Part shown: in pieces, positions 17,059 to 26,305 of the stretch | Layout: each line of letters begins with the position of its first letter | How positions within the stretch are numbered: position 1 is the first letter of the stretch | Origin: Candidatus Staskawiczbacteria bacterium | Lineage (GTDB): Bacteria; Patescibacteriota; Minisyncoccia; Minisyncoccales; Staskawiczbacteraceae | Assembly (NCBI GenBank): GCA_903835075.1 | Contig: CAILLM010000006.1 | Location: 1-54,981 of the forward strand | DNA: 54,981 nucleotides | Direction: 5' to 3' | Notes under the pieces: generated by a model | Seen by the model: the letters and a program-made list of their open reading frames with translations, nothing else | Told to the model about the DNA's origin: nothing | The model's database searches: none | Position numbers and translations under genes: made by a program

Positions 17059-17250
17059 CTATTTTTGCAAATCTAACATGAGCTTTTTTATGTTAACATC
17101 ATTTTTGAAGATTATAAAATTTCTGCCCATTTTGGTCGCTTTTATATTCCCCCGCCAAATTCTCTTAAGCACAGACACCTTGCTAATTCCCAACTCTTTG
17201 GCTAACTCAGTTGTTGTATAAAAATTATTCTGAATTATTTTATTGCTCAT
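17059..17250 (-). CDS. Small helix-turn-helix DNA-binding protein (excisionase/HTH_17-like)
   Basis: FYTTTELAKELGISKVSVLKRIWRGNIKATKMGRNFII fits the MerR/Xis-type winged HTH. Confidence 0.85.
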   Translation of the reverse strand: MSNKIIQNNFYTTTELAKELGISKVSVLKRIWRGNIKATKMGRNFIIFKNDVNIKKLMLDLQK

Positions 17251-17261
17251 GTCTCGCTTAC

Positions 17262-17289
17262 TGTCAGGCTACCATATGGTAACCTGACA
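17262..17289. promoter_or_regulatory. 28-bp palindrome with one mismatch, second copy
   Basis: TGTCAGGCTACCATATGGTAACCTGACA, 11 nt upstream of the HTH ATG. Confidence 0.7.
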
Positions 17290-17296
17290 AACTTAA

Positions 17297-18502
17297 CTAT
17301 TTTTGACAAACATAAAAAATTGGGGATTTAAAGGAATTGAACCCGTTCCACAAAGATGCCCTTCTTGATTCTGCATCTTTTTTTGATAATTCTCCCATAC
17401 CTTTAAAGTCTACCAAGCTAAAGCCGGCGTCTAAAATCTGCTGTTTTACTTCATTCACGCTGGAAAGGTGTAAAAACTGTTTTTGCTTTAACTTTTTACC
17501 CTCAGCATATCTTCTAAAAAACACATCGCCAAAATCTATTGCGCCACTCTTGAAAATTCTTTTACCCAACCAAAATAAAATAGTTTTTAAAGAATAATAT
17601 CTTTTGTGCGAAGTAAAAATATAAATTCCGCCGGGTTTTAAAACTCTATATATTTCATTTAAAGATTTTTGGCGAAATTGTTTACCAGGAATTTGTGCCC
17701 AGCCATTGTTTGCAAAAATAGCTCCGTCAAAAACATTATCACTAAAATCTAAATTGGTGGCATCACCCACAATGAATTTTATATCCAAATTTTGTGCTTT
17801 TGCATTTTCTTTAGCAATTTCAATCATCATGGGCGTAATATCAACGCCAATTACATAATAGCCCAATTTAAACAATGGAAAAGTCGTTCTTCCCGAGCCA
17901 CATCCAATATCAAGTATTTTAGAATTTTGCTGAAAATATTTCTTTATTAAAATTTCCTCACTTTCCCAAAATCCCACATTTGCATCTCTTTCATATCTTT
18001 TGCGAGTTACGTCTGAACCAAATTCATCAATGCTGTCCTGTTTTACTTTTTGAATATAATCCATTTTTTGTAGTTGCATGCATTTGCCAATATACTCCTC
18101 CGCTGCTATTTTATCTAAAAATCTTCCAACGGTTACTACTTTACCAGCACGATGGTCGAAAACGTGAGATACAAATTCAGTGAGTTTTTCTTGAATACTT
18201 GGACTGATTGATATTTCTTCTTCATTAAGTTTTGCTAAAATATTGTGGTCTTCTTTTCCATTTTCAGTTTGTTCCATCATTCCAATTGGTTCACATTCAA
18301 CAATCTCGCCCGTTTTTAATTTTTTATCGGTGATTATGAAGCAATCAAGATTATCTCCATCTCCACTGGTTGTTTCTAAAATAAAACCGTAAGGAAATGG
18401 GTATTCCCTTGATACAGTAATCGTTTTCTTGTACTCAAGTGTTTTTTCGTTATATAAGTTTTTCTGGTCAGAGCCAGCTTCATTTTCTATAAAGACTTTC
18501 AT
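17297..18502 (-). CDS. Family I inorganic pyrophosphatase fused to a class I SAM methyltransferase
   Basis: N-terminal YPFPYGFI and DGDNLD; C-terminal ILDIGCGSG, GDATNL and RVLKPGG. Confidence 0.82.
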   Translation of the reverse strand: MKVFIENEAGSDQKNLYNEKTLEYKKTITVSREYPFPYGFILETTSGDGDNLDCFIITDKKLKTGEIVECEPIGMMEQTENGKEDHNILAKLNEEEISISPSIQEKLTEFVSHVFDHRAGKVVTVGRFLDKIAAEEYIGKCMQLQKMDYIQKVKQDSIDEFGSDVTRKRYERDANVGFWESEEILIKKYFQQNSKILDIGCGSGRTTFPLFKLGYYVIGVDITPMMIEIAKENAKAQNLDIKFIVGDATNLDFSDNVFDGAIFANNGWAQIPGKQFRQKSLNEIYRVLKPGGIYIFTSHKRYYSLKTILFWLGKRIFKSGAIDFGDVFFRRYAEGKKLKQKQFLHLSSVNEVKQQILDAGFSLVDFKGMGELSKKDAESRRASLWNGFNSFKSPIFYVCQK

Positions 18503-18516
18503 ATTATTATCCTAAC

Positions 18517-18550
18517 AAAAAACCATCTCGATTAAAAGATGGCTTTTTTT
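18517..18550. terminator. Terminator downstream of nrdD
   Basis: AAAAAACCATCT...AGATGGCTTTTTTT. Confidence 0.7.
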
Positions 18551-18574
18551 ATTTTTTGATTATGCGGGCATTAC

Positions 18575-18646
18575 CTCGCCGTAGCTTTATGCGGAGGCGG
18601 GGATACTTTCTTCCATTGTCACGCCAGAGCTTTCAGCGGAAGCAGA
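18575..18646 (+). repeat. Two family B repeats forming the NrdD C-terminal tail and stop
   Basis: CTCGCCGTAGCTTTATGCGGAGGCGGG (18575-18601) contains the stop codon; a degenerate copy CGCCAGAGCTTTCAGCGGAAGCAG is at about 18622-18645. Confidence 0.65.
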
Positions 18647-20797
18647 TACTGCTTCGGTAACTTGCTGAGTTGTTTCCATTGGGAAAGCGAACTCTTTTCT
18701 TTCTTCAAATTCTTGCTTTTTACCTTTGTGCCATTGTTGAACAGGCCTTATGTAGCCGACAACCCTTGAATACACTTCACAAGGCTGTTTTATGGTGCAC
18801 TGAGGGCATTCAAAGTGTTCACCTGCAATATATCCATGGGTTGGGCAAATTGAGAATGTTGGAGTCAGTGTAATATATGGCAAGCTGTAATTTTCACAAA
18901 TTTTCTTTACCAAAGCTTTTGCCTGATTTGGATCTGAAACTTTTTCACCCAAGAAAATATGCAAAACTGTTCCACCTGTATATTTTGCCTGTAAGTCATT
19001 TTGTAAGTCTAAGGCTTCAAAAATATCATCTGTAAATCCTACTGGCAATTGGCTGGAGTTTGTGTAGTAAGGGACTTCTTTTGTTCCTGAAGTAATAATA
19101 TCTGGAAATTTTTCTCGGTCTGTACGAGCTTGCCTGTAGCTGGTTCCCTCTCCTGGAGTGGCTTCCAAGTTAAACAAGTTTCCTGTTTCTTCTTGGAACC
19201 TAACCATTGTGTCACGCATGAAATCCAAAACTTCAAGCGCAAACTTTTTGCCTTTTGGAGTTGTAATATCTTCTTCCAAAAAGTTAAGTAAAGCCTCATT
19301 CATTCCCATAATTCCAATTGTTGAGAAATGATTTCCAAAATAAGTATTTCTCATTTTTTTCATTTCTTCTAAGTAATGTCTGGAATATGGGTAAAGTCCT
19401 TTTTCCATAAAGTCATCTAATGCTTTTCTCTTAATTTCCAAACTTTCTTTTGCCAATTCCATTAATTTGGTTAATTTTTCAAAAAATTCTGTTTTTGTTT
19501 TTGAGGTATATCCAATTCTTGGCAAATTTATTGTAACTACTCCAATAGACCCTGTTTTTGGCGAAGAGCCAAACAATCCACCTCCTCTTTTATATAATTC
19601 TCTGTTATCTAATCTAAGCCTGCAACACATTGACCTGGCGTCGTCGGGGCTCATGTCGGACTGAATGAAGTTTGAGAAATAGTTAATTCCATATTTTGCT
19701 GTTGCTTCCCACATTGCAGTTAAGTTTGGGTTATCCCATTCAAAATCTTTTGTAATTGAAACTGTTGGAATTGGGAAAGTAAATGGTCTGCCCGAAGCAT
19801 CACCCTCCATTAATCCTTCATAAAATGCTCTAATAAACATATCCATTTCTGGCTGGAAATCGCCGTAAGTTTCATTTTGTGGTTCACCTCCAATAATTAC
19901 CGGTTGTTTTGCCAAGAAACTTGGCGCCTTAATGTCTAAAGAAACATTTAAAAATGGCGTTTGAAAACCAACGCGGGTTGGCACCATGCAGTTGTATAAA
20001 AATTCCTGCATAGATTGCTTAACTTGCTTGTAGTCTAGTTTGTCATACCTAATAAATGGTGCCAAAAGCGTGTCAAAGTTTGAAACCGCATTTGCTCCAG
20101 CTGTTTCTCCCTGCAAAGTAAACAAAACGTTAACCAATTGCCCCAAGGCTGTTCTAAAATGTTTTGGTGCTCGGCATTCTATTTTTCCGGAAACTCCGCC
20201 AAACCCTTTTACTAAAAAGTCATACAAATCCCAACCTGCGCAATAAGGAGCCAATAATTCTAAATTGTGAATGTGAAAATCTTCGCTTAAAGCAGCATCT
20301 CTAATTTCTTTAGGATAAATTTTGTTTAGCCAATATTTTTTTGAAATGTAAGAACCAACATATTGATTTAATCCTTGCAAAGAAAAAGTCATGTTGGCAT
20401 TTTCTTTAACTTGCCAATCAATTTCTTTTAAATAACTGTCCACTTTTTCAGAAGAATCGTCAGTTGCTTTTGTGGCTTCACGAATAGCTCTTCTTTGTTC
20501 GCGATACAAAACATAAGCCTTGGCGGTTTCAACCAAGCCTTCCAACATCAAGGCTTCTTCCACAATGTTTTGAACTTGCTCAATTGTTGGAATTTCCTCT
20601 TTTTTAAATCTGCGGTTCATTAAAGCAACCACTTTGTCGGAAACTCTTTTAGATTCTGGACCATTTCCTGAGTTTGTTGCAGTTACGGCCTTGTGAACGG
20701 CTTCGGCAATTTTCTCTTGGTCAAAATCAACAACCCTGCCGTCTCTTTTTCTAACTTTTTCTATATGGTTCTCTGTTTTTTTTATTTCTTCTGACAT
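18587..20797 (-). CDS. nrdD: Class III anaerobic ribonucleoside-triphosphate reductase with ATP cone
   Basis: VRKRDGR ATP cone, SMCCRL, EATPGEGTSYR, CPTH/CPQC and YSRVVGY glycyl-radical motif. Start set at MSEEIKK. Confidence 0.95.
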   Translation of the reverse strand: MSEEIKKTENHIEKVRKRDGRVVDFDQEKIAEAVHKAVTATNSGNGPESKRVSDKVVALMNRRFKKEEIPTIEQVQNIVEEALMLEGLVETAKAYVLYREQRRAIREATKATDDSSEKVDSYLKEIDWQVKENANMTFSLQGLNQYVGSYISKKYWLNKIYPKEIRDAALSEDFHIHNLELLAPYCAGWDLYDFLVKGFGGVSGKIECRAPKHFRTALGQLVNVLFTLQGETAGANAVSNFDTLLAPFIRYDKLDYKQVKQSMQEFLYNCMVPTRVGFQTPFLNVSLDIKAPSFLAKQPVIIGGEPQNETYGDFQPEMDMFIRAFYEGLMEGDASGRPFTFPIPTVSITKDFEWDNPNLTAMWEATAKYGINYFSNFIQSDMSPDDARSMCCRLRLDNRELYKRGGGLFGSSPKTGSIGVVTINLPRIGYTSKTKTEFFEKLTKLMELAKESLEIKRKALDDFMEKGLYPYSRHYLEEMKKMRNTYFGNHFSTIGIMGMNEALLNFLEEDITTPKGKKFALEVLDFMRDTMVRFQEETGNLFNLEATPGEGTSYRQARTDREKFPDIITSGTKEVPYYTNSSQLPVGFTDDIFEALDLQNDLQAKYTGGTVLHIFLGEKVSDPNQAKALVKKICENYSLPYITLTPTFSICPTHGYIAGEHFECPQCTIKQPCEVYSRVVGYIRPVQQWHKGKKQEFEERKEFAFPMETTQQVTEAVSASAESSGVTMEESIPASA

Positions 20798-20809
20798 AAA
20801 ATTGGGGAC

Positions 20810-20894
20810 AAAAAAAGGCATTTGATTTTAATTAGCTTATTGTTTAAAAATCATGACCCTCATTTCTAAACAATGAGTTTATTAAAATGCCTTT
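20810..20894 (-). promoter_or_regulatory. Long imperfect hairpin with U-tract in the nrdD 5' leader
   Basis: AAAGGCATTT (20814-20823) pairs with AAATGCCTTT (20885-20894); the inner arms 20829-20851 and 20862-20884 are mostly complementary. Confidence 0.5.
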
Positions 20895-20911
20895 CTAAAT
20901 TATTAATATTA

Positions 20912-20949
20912 TTTTCCCGCCGCAGCGGGATCCCGCTTTGGCGGGAAAA
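20912..20949. repeat. Family C double hairpin (intergenic)
   Basis: TTTTCCCGC-CGCA-GCGGGA-TCCCGC-TTTG-GCGGGAAAA. Confidence 0.85.
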
Positions 20950-20966
20950 TCGACTAGATTACTCCT

Positions 20967-21025
20967 ATTTTACTCTACCCAACAGCCCTGTCAAATCCTG
21001 ATTTACCTATACAACCTGTGGATAA
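20967..21025 (-). promoter_or_regulatory. nrdD promoter with upstream consensus DnaA box
   Basis: TTGACA-16-TAAAAT (20994-20967); TTATCCACA at 21025-21017. Confidence 0.6.
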
Positions 21026-21033
21026 CTCCATTT

Positions 21034-21987
21034 TTAAAATTTTGTTGCTATAACTGTAATTTTTAATTCTCCTTTTTTTAAATTATTATCTTTAACTGCA
21101 CCAAAAATTATTTCTGCTTTTGAGTCTACGTTTTTGGTTATAACTTTTGCTGCTTGCTGTATTTCATTTAACGTAACATCATTTCCAGCAACAGAAAATA
21201 AAACTCCTTTAGAACCTTGGATTGAAAAATCTAGCAATGGCGAACTAATAGCTTTTTCAGCTGCCACTACTGCCCTGTTTTCCCCCAAAGCTCTTCCTGC
21301 CCCAAACAATGCTTGACCAGAATTTTTCATAATAGAAACCACTGAAGCAAAATCAATGTTTATAATTCCAGGCACTAAAATTAAATCTGTAATTGATTGT
21401 ACTGCTTCCCGCAAAATATCGTCACAAATCAAAAATGCTTCTGAAACTGTAGTTTTTTCGTCAATAATTTTTAAAAGCTTATCATTAGATATAACCAACA
21501 AAGAATCCACATGGCTGCGTAAATTTTTTATTGATTCTACTGCAATGTTTTTTCTTTCTTGTCCTTCAAAAGAAAACGGCGTAGTAACCACCCCAATAGT
21601 TAAAATGCCAAGACTTTTTGCAATCTCGGCAACAACAGGCGAAGCCCCCGAACCAGTTCCTCCGCCCAACCCACAAGTCACAAAAACCATATCAGCCTTG
21701 CCCGCCGTAGCCTTGGCAGAGGCGGGTCCCCCACATAACGCTTCAATAATTTCTTCTCTAGATTCTTCTGCTGATTTTCTTCCCAAATCCGCATCCATTC
21801 CTGTACCAAGTCCCTTGGTAGTATCTTTCCCAATTAAAATTTTCTTATGACATTTTGAAAAGTGCAAAGCTTGAGCATCAGTATTTAATGCCATCAATTC
21901 TGCTCCCTGCATTTCGAACTTAGCCATTCTAGAAACCGTGTTAGAGCCCGAGCCTCCAACTCCTATAACTTTTATACTTGGTTGCAT
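21034..21987 (-). CDS. ftsZ: Cell division protein FtsZ (divergent, no C-terminal tail)
   Basis: IKVIGVGG, NTDAQAL, GLGGGTGSG and PFSFEG; adjacent to ftsA. Confidence 0.93.
   Translation of the reverse strand: MQPSIKVIGVGGSGSNTVSRMAKFEMQGAELMALNTDAQALHFSKCHKKILIGKDTTKGLGTGMDADLGRKSAEESREEIIEALCGGPASAKATAGKADMVFVTCGLGGGTGSGASPVVAEIAKSLGILTIGVVTTPFSFEGQERKNIAVESIKNLRSHVDSLLVISNDKLLKIIDEKTTVSEAFLICDDILREAVQSITDLILVPGIINIDFASVVSIMKNSGQALFGAGRALGENRAVVAAEKAISSPLLDFSIQGSKGVLFSVAGNDVTLNEIQQAAKVITKNVDSKAEIIFGAVKDNNLKKGELKITVIATKF
21698..21726 (+). repeat. Family B repeat, in frame in ftsZ
   Basis: TTGCCCGCCGTAGCCTTGGCAGAGGCGGG; encodes PASAKATAGK. Confidence 0.88.
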
Positions 21988-22002
21988 AACAATTCTATCC
22001 GT

Positions 22003-23229
22003 TTACGGGATGAAGTTTTTAAGCCACCTTTTAAGTTTGGCCCACCACCCCTGGATTGGGTTTATCATACCCCCATTTCCGTCTGGGTCAACCCCCTCCA
22101 AAACCAAACCAACTACTGTGGCCAACGCAGGATCATCTTGCAAACCAATTATGCCCTGTGGTTTTCCTATTTCACAAGATAATTTTAAAACTTCTTTTGT
22201 AAGTTCTTTTATTTTAGGAATTTTTGCACCACCACCAGTTATAACAATTCCTCCAGGCAAAGCACCTTGTCTATTAATTTTTTTCAATTCTTTTTGGACT
22301 AAATCCAAAATTTCTGAAACCCTTGGCTCAATAATATCCACCAAATTCTTTTTTGTAAAGTTAAGTGATTCTGAATTTTCAAAAATTTCTATTTTTCTTT
22401 TTGTTTGGTCTTTCTTATCTTTTTCAATTTTAGCAAACATGCATGCGCCATATTGTTTTTTAATTGACTCAGCAATTGGAACTTCTGTTTTAAGACCAAT
22501 AGCAATATCATTTGTAATATTTGCCGATCCAATTGGGAAAATTGCCAAATGAATTAAATCTCCCTCTTCAAAAACCGCCAAAGAAGTTGTGGCTGAGCCA
22601 ACATCAATCAAAGCAACCCCCAATTCTTTTTGTTGCGGAGTCAAAACAGCATTTGCCGCAGCTAGTGGCGAAGGAATCACATCTCTAATTTGTAATTTAG
22701 AACCCAAAACCGCTTGAGTTAAATTTGTAAAATATGGCTGAAAATAACAAAGTAACAACACTTTTGCCTCCAGCCTAACACCAGTTAAATTTTCAGGTTG
22801 CTTTATACCTCTTTGGTCATCAATAATAAATTCTTTAGGAATAACATCAAGTATCTCATCATTTTTAGAAGAAATATTTATTGCTCTAGTTGCCTGTAAA
22901 ACCCTATCAACATCTTCTTTAGAAATTCTTTGGTCTGCCCTTGAAACAGAAATTATGCCGTCTGAAGGAGTAACATACAAATGACTGCCTCCAATATTCA
23001 CATAAACAGAATCAATTCTTCTGTTACAATCTTTCTCAATCCCAGACATTATCATTTGTATATTTTTCACGGTTTCTTCAGCAGAAACAACTGCACCTTT
23101 TCTAAGTCCAAAAGAAGGAATTTCCGCATAAGACAAAACTTCCCAGTCATTTCCTTTTTTCTGAGCCACAAGCGCCTTAATGCTATGTGTCCCAATATCT
23201 AAACCAGTAATAATATTATTACGCGCCAT
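22003..23229 (-). CDS. ftsA: Cell division protein FtsA
   Basis: GLDIGT, IDVGSATT and ITGGG motifs; C-terminal amphipathic helix WWAKLKRWLKNF. Confidence 0.95.
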   Translation of the reverse strand: MARNNIITGLDIGTHSIKALVAQKKGNDWEVLSYAEIPSFGLRKGAVVSAEETVKNIQMIMSGIEKDCNRRIDSVYVNIGGSHLYVTPSDGIISVSRADQRISKEDVDRVLQATRAINISSKNDEILDVIPKEFIIDDQRGIKQPENLTGVRLEAKVLLLCYFQPYFTNLTQAVLGSKLQIRDVIPSPLAAANAVLTPQQKELGVALIDVGSATTSLAVFEEGDLIHLAIFPIGSANITNDIAIGLKTEVPIAESIKKQYGACMFAKIEKDKKDQTKRKIEIFENSESLNFTKKNLVDIIEPRVSEILDLVQKELKKINRQGALPGGIVITGGGAKIPKIKELTKEVLKLSCEIGKPQGIIGLQDDPALATVVGLVLEGVDPDGNGGMINPIQGWWAKLKRWLKNFIP

Positions 23230-23236
23230 AATTATT

Positions 23237-23662
23237 TTATTTTACTATAGATAAATATTTTTCTTGCTTTTCATCCATTATTTTTTCCTCTTTTCTGGAT
23301 TTTTCATGGTCATATCCACACAAATGCAATATTCCATGAACAAAAACTTTCAACATTTCTTTTTCAAATGCAACTCCATACTTCTTGGCATTTTCTCTAA
23401 CAACTTCTGGACAAATTACAATTTCGCCAAAAATATTTTCGTCATTTAACTCAAATGAAAGAACGTCTGTTGCTTTGTCCTTTTTACGAAACTGTTTATT
23501 TAGTTTCCTTATCTCTTCTTTATTAACAAAAGCCAAAGATAATATTTCTGTTTCTCTATTTTCGCCTTTTAATACAATTTTTGCAACTGTGGAAAAAACC
23601 TTTTTATCCACAGTTCCAAATAACACAGTTTTTTCTGTTAGATTACTTATCTCAATTTTCAT
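23237..23662 (-). CDS. ybeY: rRNA maturation endoribonuclease YbeY
   Basis: TDVLSF and HGILHLCGYDH. Confidence 0.95.
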   Translation of the reverse strand: MKIEISNLTEKTVLFGTVDKKVFSTVAKIVLKGENRETEILSLAFVNKEEIRKLNKQFRKKDKATDVLSFELNDENIFGEIVICPEVVRENAKKYGVAFEKEMLKVFVHGILHLCGYDHEKSRKEEKIMDEKQEKYLSIVK

Positions 23663-23664
23663 AA

Positions 23665-24192
23665 TTATCTTATAACTTTAAAACTAGAAAGAATTTGATT
23701 AAACATTGTTTGATAGTTTTCAGCTAATTCCTTTTCTTTAGTTTTATCTTTCAAAGGTATGTAATTATGTTCTGTTATTACGTATTTAAAATTATTATAG
23801 AAAAAAACTAGCTTATTTCTAACTTTAGTATAATTTTCTGGTACGCAATAGACTAAAACTTCAAAAACAACACCTTCATTATCTTTTTGATTTCCAAATT
23901 TAAATGCTCCCACTTCATACACCGCATTTTTATTTAATTTATCGTTCTTACAATTTTTTAAAATTTCAGCAATACTATTTTCCGAATAATTTGTATTTTC
24001 TTGTGCATGCCAACCGCTAGGAGTTTGCAATTCAAACCCGTAATATTTATTTTCTATAATATAATTATTTGGCTTAGCAAAAACCTTATATGCAAAAAAT
24101 CCACCAATTAACAAAACCAGCAGAATAACAATTCCTACAATATATATTTGAGGTATTTTTTTCTCTCGGCCCGAGGATTTTCTTTTTGCCAT
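23665..24192 (-). CDS. Hypothetical membrane-anchored protein (PsbP-like fold possible)
   Basis: N-terminal TM helix, YGFELQTPSGW and C-terminal FNQILSSFK. Confidence 0.7.
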   Translation of the reverse strand: MAKRKSSGREKKIPQIYIVGIVILLVLLIGGFFAYKVFAKPNNYIIENKYYGFELQTPSGWHAQENTNYSENSIAEILKNCKNDKLNKNAVYEVGAFKFGNQKDNEGVVFEVLVYCVPENYTKVRNKLVFFYNNFKYVITEHNYIPLKDKTKEKELAENYQTMFNQILSSFKVIR

Positions 24193-24223
24193 TATTATAT
24201 TTTACACCATTTTCAAATAAAAC

Positions 24224-24244
24224 AAAAACCGCCTTACGGCGGTT
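24224..24244 (-). terminator. Intrinsic terminator
   Basis: AACCGCC-TTAC-GGCGGTT-type stem with a U-tract on the minus strand. Confidence 0.7.
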
Positions 24245-24248
24245 CAAT

Positions 24249-24746
24249 TTATTTCGCTAATAGTTCTTTTACAATCTTTGACACTTCTCCACCATCAGCT
24301 CTGCCTTTTACTTTTGGTGCCAAGTCTGCCATTATTTTTCCCATTTCTTTCATTTCAGTAGCTCCTGTTTTTTTAATTGATTCAACCACCAATTCTCTTA
24401 AAGCTTCTGGGCTTAATTGCTCTGGCAAGTATTTTATTAAAATGTCTATTTCTTCTTGTTCCTTTTTAGCTAATTCTGGTCTGTTGCCTTGCTGGTATAA
24501 AACAATGGCATCTTTTCTTTTTTTAATTTCCACAGAAACAACTTCCAAAATTTGCTCATCTGTTAATTCCGATTCTTTTGCTAATTTGTCTTCTACAAAA
24601 TCGGGGTGTTCTTTAGAAATTTTATACCTAGCTTCTTTTTCTTTTGTGGTAACAGAAGCCAACAACATACGCAAAGTTCCAACCAAAACTTGGTTTCCTG
24701 CTTTCATGGCTTCATTAACAGAATTTTGTATTTGCTGTTTTAGCAT
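24249..24746 (-). CDS. GatB/YqeY domain protein
   Basis: AMKAG, KYLPEQLS, MGKIM and KGRADG; follows rpsU. Confidence 0.92.
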   Translation of the reverse strand: MLKQQIQNSVNEAMKAGNQVLVGTLRMLLASVTTKEKEARYKISKEHPDFVEDKLAKESELTDEQILEVVSVEIKKRKDAIVLYQQGNRPELAKKEQEEIDILIKYLPEQLSPEALRELVVESIKKTGATEMKEMGKIMADLAPKVKGRADGGEVSKIVKELLAK

Positions 24747-24965
24747 TTACTTAGGCTTTGCTAATTTGTCGGCTTTAACTTTCTCTGCTCTCAACTCAAT
24801 TCTTCTCAAAGCAGATCTCTTTTTAACCAAAGCAGACTTTGCTCTTTTATGAAATCTTTTCTTTCTGATTTCAAGCAAAACACCTGATTGTCTTACTGTT
24901 TTTGTAAAACGGTGTACCAAGTTTTGTGATGTTTCTTTTTGATTTTTTGTTACTTGTACTGGCAT
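24747..24965 (-). CDS. rpsU: 30S ribosomal protein bS21
   Basis: Basic 72-aa protein with LVHRFTKTVRQSGVLLEIRKKRF; rpsU-yqeY synteny. Confidence 0.8.
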   Translation of the reverse strand: MPVQVTKNQKETSQNLVHRFTKTVRQSGVLLEIRKKRFHKRAKSALVKKRSALRRIELRAEKVKADKLAKPK

Positions 24966-24994
24966 AGTAATAATTTTTAATTTCTAATTTTTAA

Positions 24995-26281
24995 TTAAAC
25001 TTTTTTTATTTTTTCTTTCATTTCACTTACGACCTTGTTGAGCTTAATTTCTGTTTGCGTTCCAGTATCCATGTCTCGTAAAACAATGAAGTCCTCTAAC
25101 GCTTCCTTTTGTCCAAAAATTAAAACCCATTTTATTTTCATTTTATTGGCTGCTCTTAATTGAGCTTTCAAAGAATCTTTTGAAAATGATTCTGCCACAG
25201 GAATTTTAGCATCTCTAAATTCCTCAAACAACTTCATTCCTTTTCTTTTTGCCAATTTACCCAATTGTGCTAAAAATATTTTTGGCTCATCAGTCTTAGG
25301 GCCTGTTTTCATTTCCCTGCTTTTCATCAAAGTCACAATGCGTTCCATGCCTGCTGCTGCTCCACAACCAGGAGTATCTCTTCCACCAAACGCTTTTGAA
25401 AGATTATCATATCTTCCACCGCCCGTCAATGTGCCCAAGGCTTTGCCATCTTCCGATGTCTCAACAATTTCAAAAACAGTTTTTGTATAATAATCTAGCC
25501 CACGCACCAAATATGGATTTAATGTGTATGGCAATTCAAACTCATCCAAAAATTCCAAAACTTGCTTAAAGTGTGCATGACATTTTTCACACAAGTGATC
25601 TATTATTTGCGGAGCACCTGCTTTTACTCTTTGGCACTTCTCTTCTTTACAATCTAAAATTCTCAAAGGATTATCTTTCAATCTTCTTTGGCAATCTGTG
25701 CACAAAGATGATTTGCGAGATTTAAAATAACTTGTTAAAATTTTCTTAAAATATGGTCTGCATTCAGAATCTCCAATAGAATTAACTTCGATTGTTAGGT
25801 GTTTAAACCCCAATTCTTTCAACACGTCATAGCTCATTTGTATTATTTGGCTATCAATTGCAGGATTAGCATCTCCAATAGCTTCAAATCCAAATTGGTG
25901 AAATTGTCTAAATCTTCCTGCTTGCGGTCTTTCATATCTAAAAAATGGTCCTTGGTACCAAAGTTTTACAGGTTGTGGCAAGTTGTGCATTCCATGCTCT
26001 AAATAACTTCTCATCACAGGAGCTGTCCCTTCTGGTCTCAAACAAACCAAATCATTTCCTTTTGTTCTAAAAGAATACATTTCTTTTCCAACAATATCCG
26101 TGTCATCTCCAATGGCTTTTTGAAAAACTTCAGCAAACTCCAAAATAGGTGTTTCTATTTTATCAAAACTATAATACCCTGCCACAGACTCTACAACCTT
26201 ATTTATTCTTTTAAAATAAATCTGGTCTTCAGGCAAGACATCGTGCATTCCAGTTAAAGTTTGATATTTTATTTTTGACAT
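24995..26281 (-). CDS. hisS: Histidine--tRNA ligase
   Basis: LRPEGTA, FRYERPQAGRFRQFHQ, LVRGLDYY and GGGRYD. Confidence 0.97.
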   Translation of the reverse strand: MSKIKYQTLTGMHDVLPEDQIYFKRINKVVESVAGYYSFDKIETPILEFAEVFQKAIGDDTDIVGKEMYSFRTKGNDLVCLRPEGTAPVMRSYLEHGMHNLPQPVKLWYQGPFFRYERPQAGRFRQFHQFGFEAIGDANPAIDSQIIQMSYDVLKELGFKHLTIEVNSIGDSECRPYFKKILTSYFKSRKSSLCTDCQRRLKDNPLRILDCKEEKCQRVKAGAPQIIDHLCEKCHAHFKQVLEFLDEFELPYTLNPYLVRGLDYYTKTVFEIVETSEDGKALGTLTGGGRYDNLSKAFGGRDTPGCGAAAGMERIVTLMKSREMKTGPKTDEPKIFLAQLGKLAKRKGMKLFEEFRDAKIPVAESFSKDSLKAQLRAANKMKIKWVLIFGQKEALEDFIVLRDMDTGTQTEIKLNKVVSEMKEKIKKV

Positions 26282-26305
26282 TTATTTTTTATTTTTATTT
26301 TTAAA

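Noticed and set aside
18587..20797. Intein or intron in nrdD or other core genes
   Set aside because: Lengths are normal and no splicing motifs were seen; the only insertions are short palindromes.
1105..23620. Consensus DnaA boxes (1105-1113, 21017-21025, one inside ybeY) as oriC
   Set aside because: They are isolated single boxes, with no cluster, unwinding element or dnaA/dnaN nearby.
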